Positions 63,306-64,000 of a DNA stretch of 64,000 nucleotides are shown here, piece by piece. This DNA comes from the human T2T-CHM13v2.0 reference genome, Homo sapiens, in assembly GCF_009914755.1 (NCBI RefSeq), contig NC_060926.1; one strand, written 5' to 3'. How positions within the stretch are numbered: position 1 is the first letter of the stretch; every line of letters begins with the position of its first letter. A program made the position numbers and the translations under genes. Below the pieces are notes generated by a model, which worked only from the letters and a program-made list of their open reading frames with translations, searched no databases and was not told the DNA's origin.

Positions 63306-64000
63306 TTTATTATTTTCAGCCATTTTTTAAAAACTTTATGAACTTGTGGTAATTTAGAGGAAGAAGCTTACATGTTAATGTATTCTGTCCAAAATATTTC
63401 TCAATCTATTATAAATATCATGAAGGAGTTTATTGTTTACTTGTTTTCCAAATGTGAATTTGTTCTCAGTTATAACTTTCCTCTTGTTACATATTCTTTA
63501 TCATCAAAGAAGAATAAAACAACGATCATTTTTACCTAACAATCTACATATTATGTGCTCAAATTTGCTAAAAGATCCAATCTCTTTATTTCGTAGTTTG
63601 GAAGCAACACAAATCACTGATTGTATTTGTTCCTCTTTTATCTTTTTTATGTGGTAGAAAAATTATTTGAATTACAGATGTTAGACAGTGAATATATTTT
63701 TCTTCATTTAGATTGTAATATTACATAGAATGAAATGAATTAAATATGTTAACTCTAATGCTTTTAGCCTGAACCACATGAAATTACCAATATTTGACCT
63801 TTTTACCAATAAAAAGGACAATTTCTCCAATTTAACCCAATATAGAAGCATATATTGCCAAAAATATTGAGTACTTTGAGGTAATCTTTTTATTATTTTC
63901 TCTGTTTCTGAAGTGAATATTTAATTTTTGTTTCAGTTACTAATGGTTAGTTGTTCTCTGTTGCAACTAGCCAATGAACAGGTTTTTTATATATTTTATA

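Overview
AT-rich, non-coding primate (hominine-type: human, chimp or gorilla) nuclear DNA with no recognisable host-gene exon, RNA gene, CpG-island promoter or prokaryotic system. The window is a layered transposable-element landscape. It holds one full-length, retrotransposition-dead L1PA2-like LINE-1 on the minus strand (47357-53387, 13-bp TSD; ORF1 and ORF2 broken, antisense ORF0 intact) and three 5'-truncated L1PA copies, also on the minus strand. It also has about 25 Alu, FLAM or FRAM copies (many with readable TSDs), ancient L1M, HAL1, L2 and MIR relics, several DNA-transposon relics, LTR fragments and microsatellites. Almost all ORFs in the supplied track are L1 fragments, Alu-derived or random. 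I found no new biological system. The most notable local observations are two short dispersed, apparently templated duplications, a twin-priming micro-inversion, a deletion of the L1 3'UTR G-tract and the intact ORF0. Subfamily names come from remembered consensus features and need RepeatMasker/Dfam confirmation. Boundaries of ancient elements are approximate.
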